Positions 39,097 to 52,549 are shown, numbered from the stretch's first letter. The stretch: 64,000 nt of DNA from Tubiluchus corallicola (GCA_030141605.1 JAQGDQ010000673.1:50832-114831), one strand, 5' to 3'. The notes: generated from the sequence alone by a model not told the origin. Translations and numbers: made by a program.

Positions 39097-39894
39097 TCTA
39101 CTATTATATTAATATTCTTGGTATATATATAAGATTCGAGGCTACAGCTTCGACGAGGGCACCATTTGCGGCGACCTATATATCAAACGAAAGGTCTCGA
39201 TCTAGTGTCGTCTCATTGGGGGTTTATTTTTCGAATGGGGCCCACCGGGAGGAACGGGGGGCGAAAAACCTCCAAAAATGGCCATTTTTCGGCCGTTTTT
39301 TGCAAAAGTTATACGCCTGAGATGTAGAGAACGGGAACGGGCCGAGGGTGGTGCTGGGTATGGATAGATAGCCCGTTCAGCGATGGGTGTCATAGGCCTA
39401 TTTAGAATTCGCGAGAGGGCCACGGTGTCCCGTAACGGGCGTTTTCCCGGACCCAACTCGCGATTTTTTCGTAATTTTGACCAAACAGCCTGCCGGAAAA
39501 ACGTTCTAGCGGCGCCCGGTGGGACTCACGGAAGGAGATATACGGCTCATCAGAAAGAGGAAGAACGGAGCTACACGATGATGTGGGTTATATTTTAGGA
39601 CAGGTCCACCGAGAGGAGTACTGGCGAGTTAATTAGATGTTCTATTTTCGGCGATTTTCGCTTAGAAAACTGTCCTAACGCATTCCATTGTGCTGACGTC
39701 ATCCATTGTACTCTATAATTTTAATTCAGCAAAAAGCTGCTCTGCGTTAGATAAACAGACATACAGTAGCTGCCTGCTGGCTTTGCGTTAGGTAAGTAGG
39801 CAGGATGTTACGGGCTTTGTCTTATAAATGAGGACTTGGTATTATTGATTACATGTGTATTTATACGCAAAATCTTTTGCGGGGCCTTTGCTAG
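39097..39894 (+). mobile_element. Non-autonomous Helitron
   Basis: A|TCTACTATT start; hairpin CGCAAAA-TC-TTTTGCG about 9 nt before terminal CTAG|T; GC-rich interior; no TSD. Confidence 0.6.
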
Positions 39895-40035
39895 TACAAA
39901 TTAATAGGCACCTAATATCCAAAATTCAAGGCACCTAAACTCTGAAAAACAGTTAGCTCATCATATCTTTCTAAGTTCTAACTTTCATTGCATTTGCAAT
40001 TATAAACAAATTTATTAATTATTACTATTAGTTAA

Positions 40036-40365
40036 CCCTTTCATACCCGTTGTATCCCGTGGGATACGAGAATATTTTCTGCCTTTCAAATTAATAAAAT
40101 TTTAAAACTGACATTTATTTGATCTGTTAATAGTTGTTTTGATTTAAGCCAATAACAATAGACTAAAAATAGTGATAAAATGGCAAACTAGAAAATCTAC
40201 ATAGCAGAAAAAACTGTGCAAGGTACAGTACTTTAGAGATGACTTTGTACAGATCAGTACAGCATGAATACTAAATGTCTTAAATGCTTTAAAAAATTAT
40301 CAGCTGTTGCAAAATGAAGCACATTTTTTGCTTTTGTGTTTTTAAAAAAGTCGGGACCGAAAGGG
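40036..40365. mobile_element. piggyBac-like MITE
   Basis: TTAA|CCCTTTC...GAAAGGG|TTAA; longer copies at 44599-45033 and 45206-45667. Confidence 0.85.
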
Positions 40366-40370
40366 TTAAA

Positions 40371-40633
40371 TGTTCAGATTCCAAAAGTTCTATTACTAGT
40401 ATTATTATAAGTTTTTTTTTTCGTTCACTGAGTTTATGTTTCTTTATAAAAAAATGCACTTACAAAATACATCTATAGACCTACGCTAATCATCACTGAT
40501 TAAGACGGTAGAGTATGTCAAGTGAAGGTCTATAGATCGTTATATGTATTTCGTAAAAGCAATTGTTTATAAAGAAACGTAAACTCAGTGAATAAAAAAG
40601 CTTATAATAATAGAATTTTTGGAAACCTGAACA
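40371..40633. repeat. Imperfect long palindrome in SNAPIN intron 1
   Basis: TGTTCAG..TTCACTGAGTTTA..TCTATAGACCT mirrored by AGGTCTATAGA..TAAACTCAGTGAA..CTGAACA. Confidence 0.75.
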
Positions 40634-40758
40634 CACTGAAATTTTAATGTTTTTTTGAGTTGGGGGAGTATTATTATCCTGGGGGCAGTGTTATGATGTC
40701 ACAAGTTTGATGAAAACATTTCTAGAAACACCTGTAAGATAACGCTCACTTTATTCAC

Positions 40759-40925
40759 CTCACTTCTTTAACTCTTTCATCGATTTCTTCGACAGATGGT
40801 TTCAAAATGCTCAAAACGCCTTCAGCTAATGCATCTCTGGAAGAAATATCTAGCATTTTCTCTGAAACGGTGTCATTTGTGCATGTACTATCAGAATCAC
40901 TCACAAGTGCAATGTTATCAGCCAT
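40759..40925 (-). CDS. SNAPIN: SNAPIN (BLOC-1/BORC subunit) exon 1 of 4; spliced CDS 516 nt, 171 aa
   Basis: gaaATGG start; MADNIALV...RDALAEGVLSILKPSVEEIDERVKEVR matches SNAPIN RD..AEG....L.P.V...D..V..VR; donor GTGAAT. Confidence 0.92.
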
Positions 40926-41796
40926 TTCTTTTCAATGACTGTGTCAAGCAACGCGCAAGTGCGAATGATAGCAGCAAGACACGATTTGTAATTCTTGCTC
41001 TTCATTGCGACTTCGTTGCAAAGAAAACCAGATTGACATTATTTTAACATACAAATTGTCAGGGTAAAATGTGAAAGCTGACATGACTCTAAGTGAAAAC
41101 TGGGAAACATTGCAAAAATTTTATTGTAAACTGTTTGAAATTTAGAAAAATGTACGCCAAAATGATTGGTAAGATAGTATTAAATTTTCAAAGAAATCCA
41201 GGTATAACATTATTTTATTTTTGCAAGGGACTCACCCTTTTGAATGAAGTGGGTCCAGGTAAATAGAGTATTCAACGTATTCACAAGGTTACTAGTCATG
41301 TCAGTGATTATTGTGTCATAGCGACCATCAGATTAAAAATAATTATAAAAAATGCTTCAGAAATACTTCAACACGCATCAAAATATAATAATAATCACGT
41401 AATTATCTTTTATCAGAATAACTCAAAAAGCTTTGGTGTGCTTTATTATTAATCACCTTTTAATATAGATTGTGCCTAATTAGTTACTTGTTTTGCAATC
41501 TATTTTAGGCCAAAAAAGTTCATTATCAAGCGTATATTTACAAGCAAACACTTAGAAAAAGATAAACTTTGTAAGAATTAATAGGAACAATAATCTGAAA
41601 CTACCTGGAACACAAAACACTGAATAGTGCAATATTCTATGATGTTGAGCTTGTAACTCAAAAGTTGCTGTCACAATGAGTTATTTAGTTATTATGCTGT
41701 AGCTACCAAGCTACTTCAAAGGACACTAATGTTTCTAAAGATATCTTAGATTTCACGTTGCTAAATGCACCACTCGTCAGTTCGTGATTTGCATAT

Positions 41797-42322
41797 TTGT
41801 GTTTGTTGGCATCCCTCTGTCTGGGAAGGCAATGGAGTGTGCGCCAAGAGAGTCAGTTATTGATCACATTGATGGAGCTACAGCGTCGACTGTGGCTGAG
41901 CAGTGCGATTCTTGAACGTCTCCAGGACGCACGCTTGGGCAAGGTGTATGGAGATCCTGAGTTGCCCGGACAACAGGAACCCCCTCTCTTCCTCCCAGGT
42001 GTAGTCTAAAGGCAAGCGGAGTGATACATTTGGCGCCAGGTTGGCTGCAGGAGCTGCCGGAGTCAGTGAGCATGCATGCTGCACTGGTCCGCCTTCGGGG
42101 CTCCAGTCCTGATTTGGAAGGTTTACTCCTCTACACATGGCCATTAGGTCACTTGACCTCCTCCGCCCTCTAGCCGTTGGCTGCTTGTACAGCTCCTCCG
42201 CCTAGTGTCGAGATACAGTGTGGGCATCTCGCAAGCCTACGGCACCTGGTATTCCTAGGCGGTCACCAATCCAAGCACTAACCAGGCTCTATGTTGCTTA
42301 ACTTCGGTTATCAGACGAGAAC
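41797..42322 (-). mobile_element. 5S rRNA-derived SINE (SINE3-like); 5S portion at 42233-42322
   Basis: Minus strand TCTCGTCTGATAACCGAAGTTAAGC...GCCTGGTTAGTGCTTGGATTGGTGACCGCCTAGGAATACCAGGTGCCGTAGGCTT matches the 3' three-quarters of 5S rRNA, fused to a body repeated at 4168-4590. Confidence 0.8.
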
Positions 42323-43245
42323 TATATATATATATGCAGCCCACAGCCCAACGTTTTGTTGGTCACACCAGTGAGTGTGTTGGAGATAAAGAAACCAACA
42401 GACCAGCATCATAAGTAAAAATACAGCAAAACAACGGAATTGGGAAAGTAAAATGAAAACAGGATGACTTTTCATATCCTATCCAAGTTTGAAGTACGAT
42501 AAAAATATACATTTTGACATCTAGAGTAATGCCGAAGCATTTCTGATGATTAATTAGTAGGTTGAAAACTTAATTAATGGCCGGTCAGGTGAGCCCTGTT
42601 AGTGATGACATCACAAACTAACATAATTTTCAACAGCATAGAAAGTTCGCGAGCATGTTGAACCTGTTTGCAAAAGCGAAAATTGAAGCACAGTGCTACT
42701 GTGCAGCTTTCAGTATGCCAAACAAAAAATTGACAAATTTAAATTCAAAATTCAAATTATGAGCTCTTGAACGAGTGCTCTACTGCACAACTGAACGCAT
42801 CTTAACTGACAGGTGCATCACTCGTTTTTTGTACACGCGTTTCCCAGATGCAGGCACTAGCGCCCATCTAACTAGCAAATGGCAAAATGCATGTAATGGT
42901 GAAGAACTGGCCTTGCAAATGCAAATTTATGTTTTCTGTTGTGTCTGTTTTCAGCAACATTTGCATAGCTGGGGCCTCATATCTCAAATAAAGGGCTTCA
43001 AATAGGGGCACTTATCTCGAATAAAGGGCCTCAAACAAGGCCCTTTTTGTCTCAAATAAAAGGCCACAAATAAGGATCCTTTATCTGAAACGCGGAGCCA
43101 GTTTAAAATTGGATTTTCGTACTTCCTGACTTCCATCCTGAATTTTTTTTTAAAGTTGAAATTTCGTTTTAAGTTATATGAATTATGCAGCAATGCAAAG
43201 TATGGGCCTCCCAATCCTTACAGGGCCTTAGGGCTGCAGCTTATA

Positions 43246-43677
<432 letters not shown>

Positions 43678-44006
43678 CTGCAGGGGACCTATGCCCAAGT
43701 GCTTAGCTAGTCGTCCGCTTTGCACATTGTGATCAGCAAAAGCTCAGCGAGGCAGACATCACAATAATGAGAGCAAAGCCTGTTGCTGTTTGCGTTGCCG
43801 TGTTGTTAGTAACATATTGAATCGTCACAAATCTTATTAAATCCGGTTCAATATTAGCAACGCATATATAGTCATCGTAGCTTTGCCAGTAACTTCGCAG
43901 CGCCACCTTCAGTCAAAGTAAGGCAACTTCACATCAAAGCTTCACACTTCTCTAACTTAACTCAGGCCCCAGGTGGGCTCAGAGTATATTATGAAGCCAA
44001 AGATTC

Positions 44007-44028
44007 ATTGCTATAGCAACTGACGTCA
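44007..44028. promoter_or_regulatory. Adjacent RFX X-box-like palindrome and CRE
   Basis: ATTGCTATAGCAAC directly followed by TGACGTCA in non-repeated, CpG-containing sequence upstream of a GTAAGT donor. Confidence 0.5.
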
Positions 44029-44079
44029 CGCTGTTGAAATTAAGCGAGCTCTGGCGCACCTATAGAAGCCACTTAATGC

Positions 44080-44271
44080 AGTGTTCACTGTCGTGGAAGA
44101 CGGGTTAGTTCTTCCTGCGGATTAAAATTTTAAAATTCGGTTTTGATAAAATGCGTCGTAACGCGCTCAGACAACTCGATGCTGCAAACTGGAACGATTT
44201 TTTGCTAGAACGTCAAAATAACGCCAAGAGTTGGAAACGAACGCAGTGACTTCACTGAGTTAGACTAACTC
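44080..44271 (+). other. Candidate first exon of an unidentified gene, containing a 32-aa ORF (44151-44249)
   Basis: aaaATG...TGA = MRRNALRQLDAANWNDFLLERQNNAKSWKRTQ; donor GTAAGT at 44272; exon start is approximate. Confidence 0.4.
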
Positions 44272-44598
44272 GTAAGTAAAATTTTGCTTGTGTGGTTTTG
44301 AACGGTTTTGCGTGTGTTGAAATTCAGCTGCAGATTAAGATGCTTACAAGATGCCATTTGACCCTGCGTTCTTTTGAATATGCTTTTCATCTTGTCACAA
44401 GTAAATGTGTGTGCGTAGGGAAGTTTAGGCAACACCAAATCTGGCCAGGAAGTGTTTGGGTGACCAACGGGTTCAACAATTCAGTTCTAGATAGTTCCAT
44501 CTACCTTACTCATGCTAGTGATTTATCCAGTCGAGGAAGAAGGTTGTAAAATTAATGAGAATCTCATAGGAGGATTCTTTTCAGAAAATTAATCTTAA

Positions 44599-45667
44599 CC
44601 CTTTCAGTCCCAAATTATTTTTTAAATAAGAAAAATTTTTTGGCTTTGTACTTTTGTTCAGTATGTCCATCTTGTTTACACATAATATTTTTTTTTTACC
44701 TGTGCCCGCGTGCTATATATAGCCTGTATCCCACGAGATACATTGGGATTCAATGGAAGAACTACTGATAATTTTTTTAAAGTATTTAAGACATTTTGTA
44801 TGCATGCTATGCTGATCTGTACAAAGTCGTCTCTAAAGTACTGCACCTTGCGCAGTTTTTTATGCTATGTAGATTTTCTAGTTTGCCATTTTATCACTAT
44901 TTTTAGTCTATTGTTATTGGCTTAAATCAAAATAACTATTAACAGATCAAATAACTGTCAGTTTTAAAATTTTATAAATTTTAAAGGCAGAAAATATTCT
45001 CGTATCCCACGGGATACAACGGGTATGAAAGGGTTAATGTATTACTAGCTTTCTGGCATGCCACAATCATCTACATTGATTAGGTTCTGCGGTTGAATGT
45101 TGGTGGCTTGTTTGTCAAACTGTTAAAAAATCACGTACTTTTTGTTTCTTTATCGGGTTATTAGTCGGTTATTAGTTGCAGTAGTGAATACCAGTCTACA
45201 CTTAATCCTTTCATACCCGTTGTATCCCGTGGGATAAGAGAATATTTTCTGCCTTTAAAATTAATAAAATTTTAAAACTGACAGTTATTTGATCTGTTAA
45301 TAGTTATTTTGATTTAAGTCAATAACAATAGACTAAAAATGGTGATAAAATGGCAAACTAGAAAATCTACATAGCATAAAAAACTGCGCAAGGTACAGTA
45401 CTTTAGAGACGACTTTGCACAGATCAGCATAGCATGCATACTAAATGTCTTAAATACTTTAAAAAAAATTATCAGCAGTTGCAAAATGAAGCACATTTTA
45501 TGCTTCCATTGAATCCCAATGTATCCCGTTGGGATACAGGCTATATTTAGCACGCGGGCACAGGTAGAAGAAATATAATTATTATGTGTAAACAAGATGG
45601 ACATACTGAACAAAAGTACAAAGCCCAAAATTTTTTCTTATTAAAAAATAATTTGGGACTGAAAGGG
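44599..45667. mobile_element. Two inverted piggyBac-like MITEs (44599-45033 and 45206-45667)
   Basis: Both are TTAA-flanked and mutually reverse-complementary. Confidence 0.88.
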
Positions 45668-45889
45668 TTAAAGCAAAATTCATAGCAAAATAATTAAACT
45701 AAAATGCACCAGTCTACGTGATGCAAGTTTAATTTTTACAGTTAATTAATTATGCTTCTACTCCGCCAAGATGCTGTTCGCTAATAGGGGGTGGAGAAGT
45801 GAATATGGGTGTTTAATGAAGTGCATTGTATTTAATAAGATGGATACAGGGGTTATATGAATTATGAATTATGAATTTATTCCACAGCA

Positions 45890-46440
45890 ACTCAAACATA
45901 CATACAAGTTGATATTACATTGAAAAAAAATATAAACTGAGCGAGTTACTGTGAGGAGGAGGAAGGAGCATTGAGCTTTCGAGTCCTCCTCCAGATAAGT
46001 GAAACAATTGACAATTAACATTACATTTTCATCAGTTATAACGTACATTAGAACAAAATAAGTTTTGTTAGTAACTTAAGATGAGGATGAGTAAAATTGC
46101 GAGTTAATTATACCGTTGTAGTAGGTAATTCTTTGATGCTTTTTTAAATTGATAAAGATTAAGAGTTTTCATTTCACGTGGAATTGATGACCATATTTTA
46201 ATTGCATTATATTTTGATGACTGTTTCATTATATTTGTTTTTGGAAGAGGGAGTACATAGTTTCCGACTGAATATCTTGTGTAATGATCATGTTGATTTG
46301 AAACTGGACTAAAGTATGGCTGAAAAGCTGGTGGAAGTAGTGAATTATGATACTGATACATGAAATGAAGACAATACATGTCATATATTTCTTTCACTTT
46401 AAGAGTTTTAACAGACTAGTAAATTATATTTGTGGGATGG
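45890..46440 (-). mobile_element. LINE (L2/Crack-like) 3' fragment
   Basis: FMYQYHNSLLPPAF..YF......HDHYTR...S.KYNAIKIWSSIP...K.....FKK. Confidence 0.7.
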
Positions 46441-46789
46441 TCATACCAAATATGTATACCATACCAAATGGGTCATACCATACCATTTCATGGGTTATTT
46501 GACAGGCAGATTGCCCAAACAAAACGAAATAAGAATGAAATTTTTATGAAAAAAAAACCTTGGTTTTCATTTCAAAAGGAAAATGGAGGGCTAAACAGAT
46601 TTGTAGAAAACCGTTATAATTATGTGTATAAACATGAATATTTTTATGGCTTCTTTTCCATATAATTAATAGACCGCCATTTTGTATATTTTATTATCAT
46701 TTTGTTTATTTAGCACAGATGATCGTTTCGGCAGCAAATGTATTCATCAATGTTAGAAATCAAACCAAAATAAATACTCTTTTGTGTGG

Positions 46790-47175
46790 AATACATTTAT
46801 GACACTACAAACCAAGGCACAAGATGTCATTACAAAATGGCTTGCAGTGTCATAAATTTATTGAAAACAAAAAAATATTTATGACACTTCGATCCAAGGC
46901 ACAAAATATCATTACAAAATGGTTTGTAGTGTCGTAAATGTATTGAAAACAAATAATGAATATATTTATGACATTACACACCAAGGCACAGCATGTCATT
47001 ACAAAATGATTTGTAGTGTCATAAATCTATTGAAAACAAATAATGAATATATTTATGACACTACATACCAAGGTACAGCATGTCATTACAAAATGATTTG
47101 TAGTGTCATAAATGTATTGAAAACAAATAATTAATACATTTGAATCACTACACAAAAAGGCACAAAATATCATTA
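46790..47175. repeat. About 86-bp tandem repeat of hairpin-forming units; resumes at 47676-47741 after an insertion
   Basis: Each unit has ATTTATGACACTACA(AACCA) and its reverse complement (TGGTT)TGTAGTGTCATAAAT about 23 nt apart. Confidence 0.85.
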
Positions 47176-47827
47176 GCAGCCGAAATTCGACTCTCAAGTT
47201 CCTCCTGATGACTCCAAAAACCTGTATTTGTATTTGTTTTTTGTCTTCCTTACTCCTGTCATAACATATTCCTCGCAAAATATCATAACTATACGTATAC
47301 AAAATTTCTCTCCATTAACACAGGCTATTTTATAATTATTAATTACTCTCCTACAAAACTGAGAACATAATCACCTCTCAAAAAACTAAAACTATAATAT
47401 GTAAACCTATTCCCATGACCCTCTTTCTCCAAACTGTTTTTTAGCGCTATCCTATTCTTACTGACCTACATAACTTTTCCTTTTTCACATTTCTTATATA
47501 ATTCTTTTCTCTCTAATACAAACTACATATACTAACAATTGCCAATTGCCACTTAGCTGATCGGCCGCTGCTTAGCGATATACTTCAGTACAACCTAAAG
47601 ACACGTGCTCGCACCTAGCATAACTGCTTTAGTTATCGCATTTCAAGGTCCAATTTTTACATTGGTTTTCATAAACAAAATGGTTTGTATTGTCACAAAA
47701 TCTATTGAAAACAAATAATCAATACATTTAAGACACTACACTAAGTCACGCAAGCTACATTTAATAAAGTTTTTAAATTCTTTATAACAAGAACAGTAAT
47801 CCCTTTCATAAACAACCTGCTATTTAA

Positions 47828-48488
47828 AGGAAGAAAGGACGATTACGTAGACTCAATCTCACTTTAATTTCCTGTCCAAAATATACATTTTCTTGCCTGT
47901 AAAAGTTAGCAGTTGTTCCTTATATTTGAATAATCAGCTTAGAAAGTTAATTAACGGCAACCGAACACAGCTATTGCTTACGTCAGAAACTAACCACAAT
48001 TTGTGCAATGGCAGGCGTCTTCTCTTGCGCGTCAAGCACGTTTGCATAGGTGTTACAGTACTGCTTAAACACAATGTCACCCTAAAATGGGCTCAACGTT
48101 ATATGACGTCAGAAACTAACACTGCAGTTCATGATCTTGGTTATCACGGTAGGTTTGTGTAAGTGTTACAGTACTGTTTAAACGCATGACATCACGAAAA
48201 TGGGCTCTACGTCATATGACATCAGAAACTAACACTGCAGTTCATGATCGTGCTTATCACGGTACCGCCTTCTATTTGTCGGTCACGCGCACGTGGCAAA
48301 AAGGCACCACTGCCAATCTTAATAGATTCACTGAGCCGCGCGTAGCTTTGAAAGTTTAACAAAATTTGAGTATCCGAGGTAATTATTATTTAATCTAAGC
48401 TTTGATTTACAAAAAGCTCTGATAGTTTTCAATATTTTAGAGCATTCTTTATTCTGAACTAATGTTTAAACAATCGTCCTGTATTCCT
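47828..48488. mobile_element. Kolobok-like family 1 element, most complete copy
   Basis: TTAA|AGGAAGAAAGGACGATT...AATCGTCCTGTATTCCT|TTAA; fragments at about 1551, 20625, 29090, 57520, 57990. Confidence 0.75.
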
Positions 48489-48661
48489 TTAATTAACGCT
48501 CACTTATGTAACGTGTTATAAAGCTTATTATATGTCGCAGCAAAGTCATCAATCAGCTTAGCATTATGTAAGTCTAGCTAAGATTCTATTGTCACATCAC
48601 GAGTTTTATAATGACAAACGCGGGAGAGTTATTACGAGGGCCGGTCTTATAATGTTTATAA

Positions 48662-49842
48662 TGTTGTTGCCGAATGAAAAGACCAGTGGTCAACAGGTAC
48701 AGAAGGTCATTTCTGCACTTGATTTCTTCAAACTTTCTAACTGCACTAATCTTCTAATCTATTTACTCTGTTGTTGCCCAATGAAAAGACCAGTGGTCAA
48801 CAGGTACAGAAGGTCATTTCTGCACTTGATTTCTTCAAACTTTCTAACTGCACTAATCTTCTAATCTATTTACTCTGTTGTTGCCCAATGAAAAGACCAG
48901 TGGTCAACAGGTACAGAAGGTCATTTCTGCACTTGATTTCTTCAAACTTTCTAACTGCACTAATCTTCTAATCTATTTACTCTGTTGTTGCCCAATGAAA
49001 AGACCAGTGGTCAACAGGTACAGAAGGTCATTTCTGCACTTGATTTCTTCAAACTTTCTAACTGCACTAATCTTCTAATCTATTTACTCTGTTGTTGCCC
49101 AATGAAAAGACCAGTGGTCAACAGGTACAGAAGGTCATTTCTGCACTTGATTTCTTCAAACTTTCTAACTGCACTAATCTTCTAATCTATTTACTCTGTT
49201 GTTGCCCAATGAAAAAACCAGTGGTCAACAGGTACAGAAGGTCATTTCTGCACTTGATTTCTTCAAACTTTCTAACTGCACTAATCTTCTAATCTATTTA
49301 CTCTGTTGTTGCCCAATGAAAAGACCAGTGGTCAACAGGTACAGAAGGTCATTTCTGCACTTGATTTCTTCAAACTTTCTAACTGCACTAATCTTCTAAT
49401 CTATTTACTATGTTGTTGCCCAATGAAAAGACCAGTGGTCAACAGGTACAGAAGGTCATTTCTGCACTTGATTTCTTCAAACTTTCTAACTGCACTAATC
49501 TTCTAATCTATTTACTCTGTTGTTGCCCAATGAAAAGACCAGTGGTCAACAGGCACAGAAGGTCATTTCTGCACTTGATTTCTTCAAACTTTCTAACTGC
49601 ACTAATCTTCTAATCTATTTACTCTGTTGTTGCCCAATGAAAAGATCAGTGGTCAACAGGTACAGAAGGTCATTTCTGCACTTGATTTCTTCAAACTTTC
49701 TAACTGCACTAATCTTCTAATCTATTTACTCTGTTGTTGCCCAATGAAAAGACCAGTGGTCAACAGGTACAGAAGGTCTTTTCTGCACTTGATTTCTTCA
49801 AACTTTCTAACTGCACAAATTTTCTAATCTATTTACTCTGTT
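48662..49842. repeat. 107-bp tandem repeat, 11 near-identical copies
   Basis: ORF track repeats every 107 nt; only scattered substitutions between units. Confidence 0.98.
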
Positions 49843-49883
49843 GCAGTGAATAAGTTGAAGTTCTGGCTGGTTAGGTCTTTTGA

Positions 49884-50012
<129 letters not shown>

Positions 50013-52242
50013 TGAGAGTCTCTTAGTCGACACTCGAAAATGTTCACGCCTTCCCATATGCCATCTTTGCATTGATTGGTACACTATTAATCCAAGTGAT
50101 TCGCAAGTTCCACTAAAAATGAACTTGTTCAATTTTTTTATGGAAGTAAAATGAACTTTATTCAAGTTCAAGTTCATTCCGGCCAGAATGAACGTTACTC
50201 AAGTTCAAGTAATATATACAGTTATATATTTTCTTCAGAGAAAAGAGGCGCCCAGGCGTTCGTGTTTAATTTTCAAACTCCAGCTTACATGGGTGTGGAT
50301 GCTGCAAATATTAATTAGAAGTCGCTCAAAGATTTTAATTGCTGATAAGCTTCCACATGCAAAGCTTGTTTAGTGAAGCATTTATCGTCAAGCATGTGGC
50401 AAGTGGCGCATGCGCTTACTATGCATATGGCTGTATGTGGTTAGTTATACATTTCGGTCATTTCGCCATCCCTGTTTTTCTGGGCTGGTATATCATTTGT
50501 ATATTTTTGGTTTTCTATGTTGTTGTGACAAAATAAACTATTCTGTTTTTAATGCTTTTATGAATGAAATCAAAGTAAAGCAAAATCGAACCCGATCTTA
50601 AACTGTAGGTTAAAACAATCAATTTTTTAAAATACTGAAAGGAAACATAATACTTTTTTAAAAAATGACTTACGTGAAAGAATTATTAAAACACAAACAC
50701 AATTTCACGTTCGCGCTAGGAGGTCTTCGCTGTTACGTGGGTTTTGCCATTCGCTGATTAGACGGGCACTAGCGCCTGTAATTTGAAAACGCATTGGTTT
50801 TATTGCACAAAAACAGGTGCTGTACCTCCCAGCTGAGATGTGTTAGTTTCTGACTAACTTAGACAGCTCATGCGTGAGCACAGCGGTTAATTTGAAATTT
50901 GAATTTTTATCTTAAAACTTGCTTAGATTTAGCACAACAGACTGAATATCTTACAGTAGCACTGTAGTTGAATTTTCGCTTTCGCAAACACGTGCAACAA
51001 GCTCACGGAATATTTTTACTGTTGAAAATTATGCTAGTTTGTGATGTCGTGAATAGTTTGGCTCACCCACTGTTAATTAAGTTTTTAGTCTATTATTTAA
51101 TTATCAGAAACGCTTTTGCATCAAAATGTATAATTTTCAACGGAATTGAAAATGGGGTAGTACATGAAAAATCATCCTGTCTTCCTTTAATATGAAGTCA
51201 ACGGTTTAAAAGCAAAGGCGATACTTATCACGTGACCAATCGCCTAATTTTGGAAAAACCATTCCCCTTTGTTGAATTTCCTTAATGATGTCACAAGTCG
51301 ATCTATCGTTATTTTTTGCATATTAAAGACCGAGTTAGTCTTTAACAGTTGTTATTCTTAACTTAACAATTCAGTTGTTATTTACGAATTATAATATATT
51401 ATCTATATATTACATATAGTGTGTGTAATATATAACAGATATGTATATATCCATGTGTATATAACATATATATATATATATATATACATATATATTATAT
51501 TTTATCTATTATATTGGACTGCCGTCCGCTCATAGCGGAGGCAGGACGGATGGCACCGCGGCCTGCACCGTGCGGCATGTGTTAATTATGTCATTCAACG
51601 CCTCACCCATAAACAAAAATTGAATAATAGAGTCAGTCGAAATGAAAATATATTATTGAATTTTATACGTTAAATAAGGAACGGCCAGCTTACCAAGAAG
51701 GAACAGAGTTTTAGAGAAAAGCCTGAGAAATGTGAACATAGCTGCACATGCTACGAAAGACACGACCACTGACAAGGGTCTTCAGCAGACCTTCCCTTTT
51801 TATAAGCTTAGGTGTGCACGTGACTAGTGGCGTTTACTAACACAAGGTCAGAACACGAGTCTGTGCTAGATAAAGCCACGTTCACATGCACACCTGAGAA
51901 GTCCACTGCATTCCCCTGCCAGCATTATATTTCACTTCACCACAGCCCTGTAGTACAATATATTATTATATGTTCTGAGATATCGTCATATAGATAAAGT
52001 AGAATCAGGTATTGTATTTCAGATTAGCAAATAACGTGTGCGATGCACCGAAGTAAATATGCTTAGTTACAGCGCACGTGGTTGCTAGTTTTCCACCTCT
52101 TTTATTAAAAACCACAAATCAATGATTGCGTAGTTACCGGGCTGTTAGAAGCATTTCTATTTTCCTGCTGCTAATATGTAATATCTCAGTCTGTCTACGG
52201 AGGTGAGTATGACTGGATTAGTACGAGTCAAAACACACTCAC

Positions 52243-52412
52243 TGTCTCTCTCTTTCTCTCGCTTTCTTTTTTCTCTCACTCCCTTTTTGTCTCTTTCTCA
52301 TTCTCTGTTCCCTGTCTTTCTCTCTCTTATTTCTCTCTCTCTCTCTTCCTCCCCCTCTCTCTCTCTTTCTCCCGCTCACTCCCTTTCTGTTTCGTTCTCA
52401 CTCTCTGTCTCG

Positions 52413-52463
<51 letters not shown>

Positions 52464-52497
52464 TCTCTCTCTCTCTCTGTCTCTCTCTCTCTCTCTG

Positions 52498-52549
<52 letters not shown>

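Noticed and set aside
42233-42322. Functional 5S rRNA gene
   Set aside because: About 30 nt missing at the 5' end, diverged, no oligo-T terminator, fused to a repeat body
48589-49827. Array of 66-aa ORFs
   Set aside because: Artefact of the 107-bp repeat, mostly TTG starts
52190-52210. Strong donor GAG|GTGAGT as a host exon
   Set aside because: Lies in a repeat element whose inverted relative is at about 54650-54720
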